Positions 20,685 through 31,384 of a DNA stretch of 64,000 bases are shown here, piece by piece. The DNA lies in IMG/VR virus record IMGVR_UViG_3300021963_000023, positions 1 through 64,000 of that record; one strand, written 5' to 3'. Position numbers and translations under genes: made by a program. The notes under the pieces are model-generated. The model was given only the letters and a program-made list of their open reading frames with translations, had not been told where the DNA came from and made no database searches. The first letter of the stretch is position 1; each line of letters opens with the position of its first letter.

Positions 20685-21127
20685 TCCCAAGCAAAATCTA
20701 AACGAAGCTTACCGCCCTCATTTGTGAGACTTAAACCACCATTTGCTTCGGCATATCTTTTATTAACACCAACAATACCGAATACCAGTGTTGCACCATT
20801 ATTTAATTTAATAATAGTGTCATTATCAAATTGTTTTCCTGTTGCGTCTTTATCAATAGGCGTTCCAGCAATTAAGCCAACAACTGTTGGTCTTTTATAA
20901 TTTTTATTATAAACGTCAGCATTTGAAACTGATGAACGGAAGCCTAACACAACTAATTTAACTTTTTTAGTTTTTAAATTTTGTATTGTATCAATATCAT
21001 CCTGAATTGTTTCCGCCTTTCTAATTGTTCCAGAAACACTTGAAGGTTTTGTTGATGACATTTGCTCATTCAATATTTGATCTAAAACTCTTTTTACTTG
21101 TGATTCTGTTAAAATATATTTTTTCAT
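20681..21127 (-). CDS. hypothetical protein with MKKYILTESQV leader
   Basis: leader fixes the start at 21127. Confidence 0.75.
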   Translation of the reverse strand: MKKYILTESQVKRVLDQILNEQMSSTKPSSVSGTIRKAETIQDDIDTIQNLKTKKVKLVVLGFRSSVSNADVYNKNYKRPTVVGLIAGTPIDKDATGKQFDNDTIIKLNNGATLVFGIVGVNKRYAEANGGLSLTNEGGKLRLDFAWD

Positions 21128-21128
21128 A

Positions 21129-21431
21129 TTACTTTGTAATGGGTCTTCTTTTTTTATGTAATTCTTCATTCTCTTTAGTCAAGTATTCTACCTTAACAGT
21201 AAGGGCCGCCACATCTCTAGTTAATCCCAATACCATACTACGAAGTTCGTCTTTTTCTCTGGATGATTCACTTAACAAAGCCTCTAACTTGGTTATTCTA
21301 TCTTTGCAGTCGTGTTTTATAAACTCTTCGTCTCTTTCTTTATTTAGAGCTCTTTTTTCGTAATACCTCCAAGCTGTGGTTGATCCCAATATTGTTACTA
21401 TTGTAATTAAGACTGAATATACATTTTCCAT
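21129..21431 (-). CDS. N-terminal TM + coiled-coil protein (possible lysis accessory)
   Basis: hydrophobic N-terminus, heptad C-terminus. Confidence 0.55.
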   Translation of the reverse strand: MENVYSVLITIVTILGSTTAWRYYEKRALNKERDEEFIKHDCKDRITKLEALLSESSREKDELRSMVLGLTRDVAALTVKVEYLTKENEELHKKRRPITK

Positions 21432-21645
21432 ACTACATAAATACTAAATAAAAATAAAAATTCCACATTTTTCTCGATATTGGATTTATTAAACCAATTT
21501 TATTTTAACATGACAAATAGACATACCATTTTTAAGTGTTTTTTTGATATTTTGTTTATTTATTTTTGAATGTTGGGGAACATTTAAGGTCAATCGACAA
21601 GGGGAAAGTTTGTAATTTTCCCTTTTTTTAGTTATATTAATAGAT

Positions 21646-22194
21646 ATGAAAAGCAAAATTATTAATTTTTTTGGTGGACCTGGAATAGGTAAATCAACAC
21701 AAGCCTGTGGTTTATACACAGAGATGAAGAAACATCATATGAATGTTGAATATACGTATGAATTCCCTAAAGAAGTTGCTTGGGAGGGTAATGTATCTCA
21801 ATTAAGTGATCAATTTTTTATAACGGCAAACCAACATAGAAACATAAGTAGGTTATATGGTAAGGTCGAATATATAATCGTCGATTCACCAATCGTTTTG
21901 GGGTGTTTTTATGAACAGCGTTACGGTAGTGATTACCCATCTTCGTTTTATGGAATGACGGGCTTGAGTAAGTTCTTATGGAATTTATTTCGTCAATATG
22001 ATAACATAAACATCCTCTTAACTAGAAACAATGAGACATATGATCAAAATGGTAGATTACAGGATTTGCATGAAGCTAAGGAAATTGATAATGACATTAA
22101 AGAAACATTATTGGTTAATTCTATACCTTTTGTTGAATTTTGTGTTGATACAAATACTGCTACGGACATATTTAAGTATATAACACAGCTATAG
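21646..22194 (+). CDS. P-loop nucleoside/nucleotide kinase (AAA_28/NadR-like)
   Basis: GGPGIGKST Walker A; IVDSP. Confidence 0.75.
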   Translation: MKSKIINFFGGPGIGKSTQACGLYTEMKKHHMNVEYTYEFPKEVAWEGNVSQLSDQFFITANQHRNISRLYGKVEYIIVDSPIVLGCFYEQRYGSDYPSSFYGMTGLSKFLWNLFRQYDNINILLTRNNETYDQNGRLQDLHEAKEIDNDIKETLLVNSIPFVEFCVDTNTATDIFKYITQL

Positions 22195-22195
22195 C

Positions 22196-22798
22196 ATGAA
22201 AAAAACAATACTTCTAATAGGGATTATTTTTATTTCCTTAAACTCATTTTCACAAGACACAATAAGGGTTAAAAATCAAGTATTTGAGGTTTTATATTCT
22301 CAAAAATTAGAATCACCTATATGGTTAAAATATCGATCAACTAATCGACCAACTAATGTTAATAGGGGTAGTATGGATTTTTACACGGAAAAAAACATAC
22401 ATACATCTGACGCTGAGGATTATGTTAAAAACATATATGACAAAGGCCACCTGGCGCCAGCAGCTTCTTTCTCGGACAATATGGTTAATCTTAAGCAAAC
22501 CTTTTCATATCTAAATTCAATGTTACAAGATCAATATATGAATAGAGGTGAGTGGAGACTTTTAGAAGAACAAGAAAGAAAATGGGATGATGCTGAAGAC
22601 TTAACAATATTGATTAAGGTTTTTTTTGATAAACCAGTTAAAGTATTACCAACAAACGCAGCAATACCATCATATATGCAAAAACACATATATTTTGAAA
22701 AACAAAAAAAATGGAGATGCTTTGTTTTTCTAAATGAGAAACCTAAATTTAAATGGCATGAAGTTGAACTGTTATGCTCACCAGGTGATCACAATTAA
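22196..22798 (+). CDS. secreted DNA/RNA non-specific endonuclease (NucA type)
   Basis: signal peptide; YDKGHLAP, N..Q...N.G.W..LE. Confidence 0.85.
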   Translation: MKKTILLIGIIFISLNSFSQDTIRVKNQVFEVLYSQKLESPIWLKYRSTNRPTNVNRGSMDFYTEKNIHTSDAEDYVKNIYDKGHLAPAASFSDNMVNLKQTFSYLNSMLQDQYMNRGEWRLLEEQERKWDDAEDLTILIKVFFDKPVKVLPTNAAIPSYMQKHIYFEKQKKWRCFVFLNEKPKFKWHEVELLCSPGDHN

Positions 22799-22800
22799 GT

Positions 22801-23004
22801 ATGCTATTGAATAAAGAATTAATAAAATATCAAGATAAGTTATTCTGGGTATATAGGAAAGTTAAACAAGGATTAGTAAACGAAAACCATATTCAAGACT
22901 TAAAGGATTTTTGGATGTGTGACACAATACTAAAACAAAAAACCCCACAAGGTGAGGTTTTTATATTTTTAAGGGAAATCCCTGAAGCCGAAATTGTTAG
23001 CTAA
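22801..23004 (+). CDS. hypothetical protein
   Basis: ORF in operon. Confidence 0.6.
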   Translation: MLLNKELIKYQDKLFWVYRKVKQGLVNENHIQDLKDFWMCDTILKQKTPQGEVFIFLREIPEAEIVS

Positions 23005-23542
23005 ATCTACTTTTAAGTCTATTGATCATAGAATGTATAGATTTCACGCCGGACAATACACCAGATAATGAAACTTTAGAACCATTACTATTTTCTTTCA
23101 TTTCACCTTCTTTTGCTTTAACATCAAAAGATGCACTTTTTTTGCTAACATTAGTATTGCTTTCTTTTATTTTTGAAAATACCTCTCTTAATTTGATTGA
23201 GACTTTAGGTAAAAAGTCCTCCAATATTTTAGCATAACTTGCTGTTTCTGTTACAGAACTCTTTCTAGTCATTTTAACAACATATTGTTTTGTTTCCAGA
23301 ACGTCATGGCCAGTTTCTTTTAATTCTTCCATGATTTGTGTTATCTTTTCTTTAGATTCAACATATTTTGGATCTTTTTCTAATTTAGCCAAATCAGATT
23401 TTAATTTCTGAATTTGTGAATGGATTGACGCAAATTCATCTAATTGTTTAGCTAGTTTACCTTTTGCTTCTTTTGTTTCGCCACCTTGTTTTGCTTCAAC
23501 TAAGTTTCTAAGGTGGGTTTTAATGATTTCTTCTAATAACAT
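22997..23542 (-). CDS. coiled-coil protein with leader (..LRNLVEA)
   Basis: ORF. Confidence 0.7.
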   Translation of the reverse strand: MLLEEIIKTHLRNLVEAKQGGETKEAKGKLAKQLDEFASIHSQIQKLKSDLAKLEKDPKYVESKEKITQIMEELKETGHDVLETKQYVVKMTRKSSVTETASYAKILEDFLPKVSIKLREVFSKIKESNTNVSKKSASFDVKAKEGEMKENSNGSKVSLSGVLSGVKSIHSMINRLKSRFS

Positions 23543-23557
23543 AATTTGTAAGTTTTA

Positions 23558-23956
23558 TTATAAATATTTCTTTATTTCTTTAATACAGAGTGTTGTATAT
23601 TTTTTTTCATTTCTTTTAGCTTCCCTTTCGTATGGGTTAGTGGAGTAATAATATAGTTTTTCGTACTTTTGGTATAAATTTCTAGATTGAAGGTAATGGG
23701 TGTACTCGTGAATTACTGTTGATACAACGTCATGTATTGTTTCGCAGGTTGGTTCATGTATTGTCATTTTGTTTCTATAAAAACAGTAATTTCCATAAAC
23801 CTCACATTTTTTTATTCTTCTCTTTCTTGTGGTAAACTCCACCGATAGTTTGGTTCTTTTTCGATCGTTTATACCCAGGTTTTTTTTACACCATTTTATG
23901 GCTAGCATTGCATATTTCTTTTTTCTTAAGTAATTGTCAATAACTTTTTTAGCCAT
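23558..23956 (-). CDS. small HExxH metallopeptidase-motif protein
   Basis: HEYTH...NPYEREA. Confidence 0.65.
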   Translation of the reverse strand: MAKKVIDNYLRKKKYAMLAIKWCKKNLGINDRKRTKLSVEFTTRKRRIKKCEVYGNYCFYRNKMTIHEPTCETIHDVVSTVIHEYTHYLQSRNLYQKYEKLYYYSTNPYEREAKRNEKKYTTLCIKEIKKYL

Positions 23957-24308
23957 TTGGTTTTTTCTCTGGTTTTGATGGTTTTTTTATGGTTTTTAAC
24001 GGTTTGTTTAACTCGTTTATTGAATCATAATTTTTAATTATATCGTTTAAAATAGCCGCAACTTCATAGTTTTCGCTTTCCTCATTCTTTTTCCACAACG
24101 CAATCAAAAAAGCTTTAAACTCATTATCCCCTAGTGTAACCCTCTTTTCACTACTACTTTTAATAATTTTAAAAACAGCATATGTCAAAGCTGACTTCTT
24201 CTCTTCAGTAAGTGTAAAATACTGATCGATTGAAATATTTGACACAATATTACTGGTAATATCTGATAAAAACTTAACAATAGATGGGTGATTCACATTT
24301 ACATTCAT
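23949..24308 (-). CDS. hypothetical protein with UVR-like motif
   Basis: ESENYEVAAILND. Confidence 0.6.
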   Translation of the reverse strand: MNVNVNHPSIVKFLSDITSNIVSNISIDQYFTLTEEKKSALTYAVFKIIKSSSEKRVTLGDNEFKAFLIALWKKNEESENYEVAAILNDIIKNYDSINELNKPLKTIKKPSKPEKKPNG

Positions 24309-24400
24309 ACTCTCTTGCTTTATTAATAAATAGTTTGGTTTAAGTTAATAAAAAAGGGGTAGACGAAATCCACCCCCATTTTATAAAAAAAATTGGCAAA

Positions 24401-24760
24401 TTACTTAGCCCATTTACCCCTAATTACAATTTGTGCAATGATGTTATATACAGATAAATCTTGATATGTATCTTCGATAGCCTCGCCAACTGCGTCCGGT
24501 TTACCCAGCAATACCAGTTGTTTTAATCTCTGGATCTTATCGTTCATTCTAAACCAAAGACCAGTTTGTGATAATTTTATTTCTTCTGGCGTTTCTAGCT
24601 TGGTGCCAACAGAAATATTATCCGGCCCATAATTTAACTGTTTCCTACAAAAGATCTCATATTGTTCTTTTAGAATTTTTTTAAATTCTCTTGTGGTTTC
24701 TGGATACTTTTCTTCGCATAATTTAATCGGGTCAAATTGTTGTTCTTTTTCTTCTGACAT
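24401..24760 (-). CDS. nucleotide-modification-associated domain protein (DUF1599/Nmad1-like)
   Basis: KQLNYG...RMNDKIQRL...EAIEDTYQDLSVY. Confidence 0.7.
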   Translation of the reverse strand: MSEEKEQQFDPIKLCEEKYPETTREFKKILKEQYEIFCRKQLNYGPDNISVGTKLETPEEIKLSQTGLWFRMNDKIQRLKQLVLLGKPDAVGEAIEDTYQDLSVYNIIAQIVIRGKWAK

Positions 24761-24833
24761 AGTATTTATTGTTTATAGTTCTAATATACCTAAAATTAAA
24801 CGTTTTTCCAAATATTTATAATAAATTAATAAT

Positions 24834-25085
24834 ATGGCTTCTAACAAATATAAAGAAATGCAAGGCTCAAGAAAAGACAATGTCGGTTCAGATATGCCAA
24901 AGCATAAACAATTGATCCAAATGCTTTCATTTAGGGTTGTACCAGCCTACTATAAAGAAATAGAGAAGGTTGCAAACAAAAAGAAAATAACGGTTTCAAA
25001 GCTTATAAGAAGTTACATTAAAGATGGTATGAAACGTGATAAAGAAATTACCGGTTCTGATGAAACCGACTACAGAGTAGATTAA
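24834..25085 (+). CDS. ribbon-helix-helix DNA-binding protein
   Basis: LSFRV...IEKVA...TVSKLIRSYI. Confidence 0.6.
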   Translation: MASNKYKEMQGSRKDNVGSDMPKHKQLIQMLSFRVVPAYYKEIEKVANKKKITVSKLIRSYIKDGMKRDKEITGSDETDYRVD

Positions 25086-26135
25086 TCATTTACTAAATCT
25101 TTTAAATGAGTTTTGGGATATAAAGTTAAAATCAGCTCCACCAATAAAATGGTGGAGTTCTTTTTTACCACTATAGCTCATTGCAGAACGTAAATAATCT
25201 TCGAAATTTTGAACCCAACTTTCTATTGTATAGTTTACTTCATTTCTTCTAACAACGCCCTCAGACGTCTTTAAATCCTCTCTACCCCACGATTTTTGAA
25301 CCTCCTTGGTGCTCATACCTCTAAAGTTTTTATAAAGTGGGATGTCGGCCATAAACATTTCATTTGTTTCTTTAGAATATTGATTTACTGTTTCGTAGTT
25401 TTCCCTACTTGTTTCACCAGCACTTTCTAGACATTTATTCAACATTGACCCCAACATGACATAGTCGGCACCCAATCCCAATGCTTTAATGATGTCAGAA
25501 TATTTCTTAAATCCACCATCAGCAACTATTTCAGTCCTAAATCCACCATTTTTTCTAATATCATTGCATTCTTTGATTAAAGACGCCATGGGATAACCAA
25601 CGCCGGTTTGGACTGTGGTTAAACATCCACCACCGTTACCAATACCAACCCTAACCATATCCACACCAATAGAACAGTATTCTTTGAATGTATTAGGATT
25701 GGCTACGTTACCAACCATGAGACACATTGAATAACCATATAATGTTTTGGCTCTTTTAGTCATTTCATATAAATCTCTCATATGACCATTAGCAACATCA
25801 ATTAACGCCATTATTCTACTCCCATCTGGCACATAAATTTTAGTGTCCAAAAACATTTTTTTAAAGTCATCCAACCCATATGATAGGAACATGTTTACAT
25901 CAAAATGATCTTTTGATGGGTTCATAACTCTAGGTAAGACTGGTAATATTCCGTGTTTAGAAAATAGATGGAAATTGTTTTCATCAACGACGGTATCCAT
26001 CGGTGCTGTCATTAGAGGGAGATAACCATAAAGGTTTTTAACATTAATTTCACTTCTAGATCTAATTGAAGACAAAACAGCCGGTTCAATTAAAAGATCA
26101 TCAAAATCATAGAGTTGTTCAGTCATTTCGCGCAT
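25086..26135 (-). CDS. GMP reductase / IMP dehydrogenase family
   Basis: APMDTV, IDVANGH, RVGIGNGGGCLT, ADGG, MLGSML, FRGMS, SEG, LRSAMSY. Confidence 0.9.
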   Translation of the reverse strand: MREMTEQLYDFDDLLIEPAVLSSIRSRSEINVKNLYGYLPLMTAPMDTVVDENNFHLFSKHGILPVLPRVMNPSKDHFDVNMFLSYGLDDFKKMFLDTKIYVPDGSRIMALIDVANGHMRDLYEMTKRAKTLYGYSMCLMVGNVANPNTFKEYCSIGVDMVRVGIGNGGGCLTTVQTGVGYPMASLIKECNDIRKNGGFRTEIVADGGFKKYSDIIKALGLGADYVMLGSMLNKCLESAGETSRENYETVNQYSKETNEMFMADIPLYKNFRGMSTKEVQKSWGREDLKTSEGVVRRNEVNYTIESWVQNFEDYLRSAMSYSGKKELHHFIGGADFNFISQNSFKRFSK

Positions 26136-26215
26136 TATTTGTGTTTTACATAGCTAATATAAGAAAAAAAAACGTAAATTAAAAAATTAAGCAATAAAAA
26201 GGTATTTATATTATT

Positions 26216-26545
26216 ATGGGAGATAAGATAATTTCTGAAAACACAATAAAGGAGGTTTTGGACCAGATACTAAGCGAAGAGGTTTCAAAAGTTAAAAGAG
26301 AAGACTTTGCAAGGGTTCAATTTAAAATTGACGAGTTACAAAACTCTCTAAACGAAACACTTAAGGAATTTAGAAAACTACAAGATTCTGTACCAGGTGG
26401 TTTAAAAACAATTACAAATGGTAGATTAACTGGAATTTCACAAAGTTTAAGTTCAGCACAAAAATTAACAACACAGTTAAAGGAAAAAATAAAACTATTT
26501 AAAAAGTCTCTTTATACACAACAAGTAGAAGAAAAAAAGAAATAA
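26216..26545 (+). CDS. coiled-coil protein with IISEN...ILSEE leader
   Basis: ORF; TATTTATA 5 nt upstream. Confidence 0.7.
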   Translation: MGDKIISENTIKEVLDQILSEEVSKVKREDFARVQFKIDELQNSLNETLKEFRKLQDSVPGGLKTITNGRLTGISQSLSSAQKLTTQLKEKIKLFKKSLYTQQVEEKKK

Positions 26546-26568
26546 CAAACCGTTTGGTTTAGAATAAA

Positions 26569-26967
26569 TTATTCGTCTTCTTCGTCATTATCTAGAAATA
26601 CTCTTAAACCTTTAACGTCCTCAATATCGGTTAGATTATGAATCTCTTTCTTACCCAAATCACTTAAAAAGAAAACTTCCTCTGTTTCATCATCCTCGTA
26701 AGAGTTTATTAAACCTTTTTTCTGTAAACTTCTCAAAAGGTCTTCTGCAACAATTTCTTTTAAAATAGCCTCAAACTCATCTTCATTAAGATAACCCTCA
26801 TCCTCATTATCCAAGCCATCCTCCAAGAATTTCTTTGTTAATTCATCTGATATTCTTTTTCTAGCATAATCTTGGCTAGATATTTCAAAATCGGTAAAGT
26901 AATTGTCATCAACTAAGGTTTTTATAATACCTTCTGTTATTTCTTGGATTTTAGGTAGGTAGCTCAT
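26569..26967 (-). CDS. acidic protein with winged-helix-like C-terminus
   Basis: LRSLQKKGLI...FFLSDLGK. Confidence 0.55.
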   Translation of the reverse strand: MSYLPKIQEITEGIIKTLVDDNYFTDFEISSQDYARKRISDELTKKFLEDGLDNEDEGYLNEDEFEAILKEIVAEDLLRSLQKKGLINSYEDDETEEVFFLSDLGKKEIHNLTDIEDVKGLRVFLDNDEEDE

Positions 26968-27077
26968 CTTTTAAATAATATTTTCTACTAAGATAAGTAA
27001 AAAAAATGAAATAAAAAAACGCACTTAGAATTTAAAAATAGAGCAATTTTACTTATATTTTATAATAAAAATATACA

Positions 27078-28361
27078 ATGGGAAATAGAAAGATTTTCAT
27101 TCAAATTGCGTCATATCGAGACCCACAGTTAATTCCAACATTAAAGGATTGTATTTCTAAAGCAAAAAATCCAGAGAACTTAGTATTTGCAATTGCTTGG
27201 CAACATTCAAAAGATGATGTTTGGGATAACTTAGATGAGTATTTAAGCGACGATAGATTTAAAATAACGGATATACCATATGAGTTATCTAAAGGGGCTT
27301 GTTGGGCCAGAAATCAATTACAACAGAGTTATACCGATGAGGAGTATACATTACAATTAGATTCACATCACAGATTTATTGAAAATTGGGACGAAGAATT
27401 AATAACAATGTATAATGGTTTGCAAGATAAAGGTTATGGTAAACCATTATTGACCAGCTACATCTCTTCTTATGACCCAGATAACGATCCAGGCGGTAGA
27501 GGTATGGTTCCGTGGAAAATGAACTTTGATAGATTTATACCAGAAGGTGCGGTATTCTTTTTACCAGCAGCGATTGATAATCACAAAGAATTGACAGAAC
27601 CAATTCCGGCTAGATTCTATTCCGCACACTTTGCGTTTACTGGTGGGGCTTTTGTTAAAGAGGTACCACATGATCCTGAATACTATTTTCATGGTGAGGA
27701 GATCTCAATTGCTGTTAGGGCATACACCTGGGGCTATGATCTATTTCATCCACACAAAATAATTGCTTGGCATGAATATACTAGAAAGAATAGAATAAAA
27801 CAGTGGGATGATGATAAGTTTTGGGGTGAAAAAAATGGTAATTCACATTTGAGGAATAGAAAACTTTTTGAGATGGATGGACTTGTCAAAGATATTGATT
27901 TTGGTATATATGATTTTGGTAAAGTTAGAAGTGTTGAGGATTATGAAAGGTATGCTGGTGTGTCCTTCAAAAAAAGATCGGTTCAAAAATTCACACTAGA
28001 TAACAATATCGCACCAAACCCACCACTATATGGACAAGAGTTTGATGATTCGTTTTTAAGAATATTTAAACATTGTATAGATATTCATAGAAATTCATTT
28101 ATTGATAACGATTATAATTTTTGGGCTGTAATATTTGAAGATGAGGTTGGTAAAACCTTACATAGACAAGATATGAATTCCGAGGAAATTAAAACTGCTC
28201 TTAGAACAACAGATGATTTTATAAAAATATGGAGAACATTTAATGCGGAGAAAAACCCAGCTAAATGGATTGTCTGGCCACATTCAGAGTCAAAGGGTTG
28301 GTTAAATAAAATCGAGGGAACACTATTCGATATCCCCAAAAAGGATCAAACATTAATATAA
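27078..28361 (+). CDS. GlcNAc-transferase (Skp1-hydroxyproline GnT / GT60-like)
   Basis: IFIQIASYRDP, GACWAR, LQLDSHHRF..NWD, FHGEE, GYDLFHP. Confidence 0.8.
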   Translation: MGNRKIFIQIASYRDPQLIPTLKDCISKAKNPENLVFAIAWQHSKDDVWDNLDEYLSDDRFKITDIPYELSKGACWARNQLQQSYTDEEYTLQLDSHHRFIENWDEELITMYNGLQDKGYGKPLLTSYISSYDPDNDPGGRGMVPWKMNFDRFIPEGAVFFLPAAIDNHKELTEPIPARFYSAHFAFTGGAFVKEVPHDPEYYFHGEEISIAVRAYTWGYDLFHPHKIIAWHEYTRKNRIKQWDDDKFWGEKNGNSHLRNRKLFEMDGLVKDIDFGIYDFGKVRSVEDYERYAGVSFKKRSVQKFTLDNNIAPNPPLYGQEFDDSFLRIFKHCIDIHRNSFIDNDYNFWAVIFEDEVGKTLHRQDMNSEEIKTALRTTDDFIKIWRTFNAEKNPAKWIVWPHSESKGWLNKIEGTLFDIPKKDQTLI

Positions 28362-28401
28362 TATGTTAGATATATCTAAGTAAAATTGAGAAAATATTAT
28401 A

Positions 28402-29226
28402 ATGAAAAAAATATTAACAGGATTATCAAACAATATTTCACTAAACAAACAAAAAATAAAAGTTTGGTCAGAAAGTTTTAAAAAACACTCTGATGGTGAG
28501 GTGGTTTTAATAGCAGCAAATGCTACCGATGAAGATATACAAGCATGTATTGATCTAAACATAAAATATTATCAAGTAACCGTTGAAGACACTTGGCATA
28601 TTAATAATAAAAGATTAAAACACACTAAAGATTTTTTAGAACAATCCGATGGTGATGTCTTTTTAATCACAGATGTGTTTGATGTTTTATTTCAATCAGA
28701 TCCATTTATTAAAATGGATTTAGAAAATAACGATATCTTTATTAGTAAGGAGGGTATCTTGGTTTGTGAAGAGCCTTGGAATGCTGATGTTATTAATAAG
28801 GTATTTCCCAATGAAACGGCAGCTTGTATGCAAACAGAAATTGTTTGTTCTGGTATAATTGGTGGTAAAAAAGAACCGTTGATAAAGTTATATCATAAAC
28901 TTGATCATATGTGTGAAAATAGTTTAGATGGTCACAATATTAAGGATCAAGCCGCACTTATTATCATGGTAAAGAATAATGAAATAGAAAGATTAAAAAA
29001 CTTTTCATTAGATGAGGGATGGGCGATGCATTGTCAATCATCAGGGCCAACACAATTTTTTGAATCATGGGGGCTTAAAAATGCAATAATCAGAAAGGGT
29101 TATGGAATACCAGAACTAAAAGAAGATGGTGTTGTTTACACACACTCTGGAATAAAATATGATATGGTTCACCAATTTAATAGAGTTGATGAATGGAAAA
29201 AAATAATAACTAAAGAATATGAATAA
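28402..29226 (+). CDS. GT-A fold glycosyltransferase-like protein
   Basis: TDVFDVLFQSDPF, SGIIGG, DQA, VHQFNR. Confidence 0.65.
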   Translation: MKKILTGLSNNISLNKQKIKVWSESFKKHSDGEVVLIAANATDEDIQACIDLNIKYYQVTVEDTWHINNKRLKHTKDFLEQSDGDVFLITDVFDVLFQSDPFIKMDLENNDIFISKEGILVCEEPWNADVINKVFPNETAACMQTEIVCSGIIGGKKEPLIKLYHKLDHMCENSLDGHNIKDQAALIIMVKNNEIERLKNFSLDEGWAMHCQSSGPTQFFESWGLKNAIIRKGYGIPELKEDGVVYTHSGIKYDMVHQFNRVDEWKKIITKEYE

Positions 29227-29974
29227 TGCAATATGTGTTTGTTCAACTAGCGACCTATATGGTCCGTTTATTGAAGAATGGTTAAATGAACCAGTAGTTA
29301 ATAGTGATAAGTTTGTAATTGTTGATGTAACAAAAGATCACACATTTAATAAGGGGTTTACATTTACTGAACAACAATTAAAAGAGAAATTAAACTTTAC
29401 ACAAGAGGTTAGCAAATTTAATTGGTGGAATTCTTACGGTAATAGAAATATTGCTTGGTTTTATGCGCATTTAAGAATGATAAATTTTTATATGGAACAT
29501 CCAAATTATGATTATTATTGGTTTTTTGATGATGATATTAAAATGAATAATTGGAATTTATTTTTTGATTCATTTAAAAATGAGGATGCGGACTTCTTAA
29601 CATATTTTTTATTTAAAAATACTGATGTTGAAACTCAACCAGATGTTCCTATGATTGATGATAGAACATACTCTAGAACTGAGTGGTTTAAAAGATTCCC
29701 AGGTATTGATGCTAACTTACCAAAAGACATGACCAAATTATTTGGGTCGTTTTTTCCAACAACCAGATTTTCTAACAAGGCGTTAAAAACAATTATGGAT
29801 TACAATTTAAATGGTTATCATGCATATCATGAAGGAATGGTTCCAACCATATTAAATTACGAAGGCCAGAAAATGAAAACAATAATAACTCCTGAAAATA
29901 CATCAAATTACTTTGATGTTAACGAGGTTAACATTCTACATAAGAATCAAAAAATAAATTGGGAATGGTTATAA
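29219..29974 (+). CDS. glycosyltransferase-like protein
   Basis: YDYYWFFDDD DxD motif; RFS; E...PT. Confidence 0.55.
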   Translation: MNNAICVCSTSDLYGPFIEEWLNEPVVNSDKFVIVDVTKDHTFNKGFTFTEQQLKEKLNFTQEVSKFNWWNSYGNRNIAWFYAHLRMINFYMEHPNYDYYWFFDDDIKMNNWNLFFDSFKNEDADFLTYFLFKNTDVETQPDVPMIDDRTYSRTEWFKRFPGIDANLPKDMTKLFGSFFPTTRFSNKALKTIMDYNLNGYHAYHEGMVPTILNYEGQKMKTIITPENTSNYFDVNEVNILHKNQKINWEWL

Positions 29975-31317
29975 AGAAAACGGCCATCGTAACGGCCATA
30001 TTTGACATCGGTAGAGATAAGTGGGATAATTTTACAATGTCCTATCACACGTATTTGTGGTGGATGAGAAATTTACTTTATTTAGATACCGATCTCATCA
30101 TATACACAGAAGAGAAGTTCAAGAACGATATATTAAACTATAGAAAAGAGGTAGATCCTAAATTAGAAAAAACTATTTTAATTATTCAACCATTAGAATC
30201 AATAGAAGGTTATAAAACATTCTATGAACCATTAAATGATTTAATGACTAGTGATGAGTTTAAAAAAGATGTTCAATTTGATGTGCCAGAGATGATTAAA
30301 CCATTATATAATGTTGTAATGTTTGCTAAACTTTTTTATATTTTAGATTCAGCAAAAAAGAATTTGTTTAATGCTGACTTATATGTTTGGGCGGATGCCG
30401 GTGTTATAAGAAATGATCAACCAGAAAAAAACCTAAAGTGGCCAGATATTCAAAAAATTAATGAATTAGATAATAATAAAGTTACTTTCTTTTGTCATCA
30501 CCCATATGTTAGAGTGGCTAATGATCAATATAAATTTCACGCCTTATCTCAAATGAGATACATTCAAGGCGGTGCTGTTTTTGTTCCTAAAAAATGTATA
30601 GAAGAGATTTGTGAATTATTTAAAAATACAGCATTAGATTGTATATCAAAAGGTTTTGTTGGTAGTGATGAGAAAATATTTGATTTTACCTATCTAACGA
30701 ATCCAGATAATTACAATTTAATACAATGTGGGTGGAGAGAATATATTGATTTATTCACAACCAAAAAAGATTTGGAGGTTGTTGTTGCTAGATACAATGA
30801 AGATCTTGAATGGATAAAAGAACTTAATTACAAAGTAACGGTTTATAATAAAAATGTTGACGATAACCATTTATTCTCAAATAACTTGCCAAATGTTGGT
30901 AGAGAAGGCCATACGTTTTTTAATCACATTGTTAACAATTATGATAACCTACCAGAATATCTAGTATTTTTACAAGGTAAGCCACAAGATCACTGTAATG
31001 ACATTATTAGTTTAATTAATAATTTTGACTTCAAGACAGAATTTAAACCATTAGGTGTTTTGCACCAGTTAACTATGGAATATGATGCAATCAATCAGCA
31101 AGTAGAATCATACGCTAAATCAATTGGATTTGATATTACATATCCGATTTATATGACACCTGGGGCTCAATACATTATTAGTAGAAGAATAATAAAAACC
31201 AAACCATTAGAATATTATAAAAGAATATTAGATTCACTATCGCATGAATCATATCCACAATCCGGTTTGGATGTTGAAAAAACATTATTTCAAATATATG
31301 GGGTTTATAAAAGTTAA
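29965..31317 (+). CDS. HtrL-like glycosyltransferase fused to a DUF3431-like domain
   Basis: IVTAIFDIGR...WADAG; VVARYNEDLEW, PNVGREGHT, FLQG. Confidence 0.7.
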   Translation: MVIKKTAIVTAIFDIGRDKWDNFTMSYHTYLWWMRNLLYLDTDLIIYTEEKFKNDILNYRKEVDPKLEKTILIIQPLESIEGYKTFYEPLNDLMTSDEFKKDVQFDVPEMIKPLYNVVMFAKLFYILDSAKKNLFNADLYVWADAGVIRNDQPEKNLKWPDIQKINELDNNKVTFFCHHPYVRVANDQYKFHALSQMRYIQGGAVFVPKKCIEEICELFKNTALDCISKGFVGSDEKIFDFTYLTNPDNYNLIQCGWREYIDLFTTKKDLEVVVARYNEDLEWIKELNYKVTVYNKNVDDNHLFSNNLPNVGREGHTFFNHIVNNYDNLPEYLVFLQGKPQDHCNDIISLINNFDFKTEFKPLGVLHQLTMEYDAINQQVESYAKSIGFDITYPIYMTPGAQYIISRRIIKTKPLEYYKRILDSLSHESYPQSGLDVEKTLFQIYGVYKS

Positions 31318-31384
31318 AAACGAATATATTTATAAAAAACGGTTATACACCATAAATCGATAAATAAATTATACATGGACCCTG

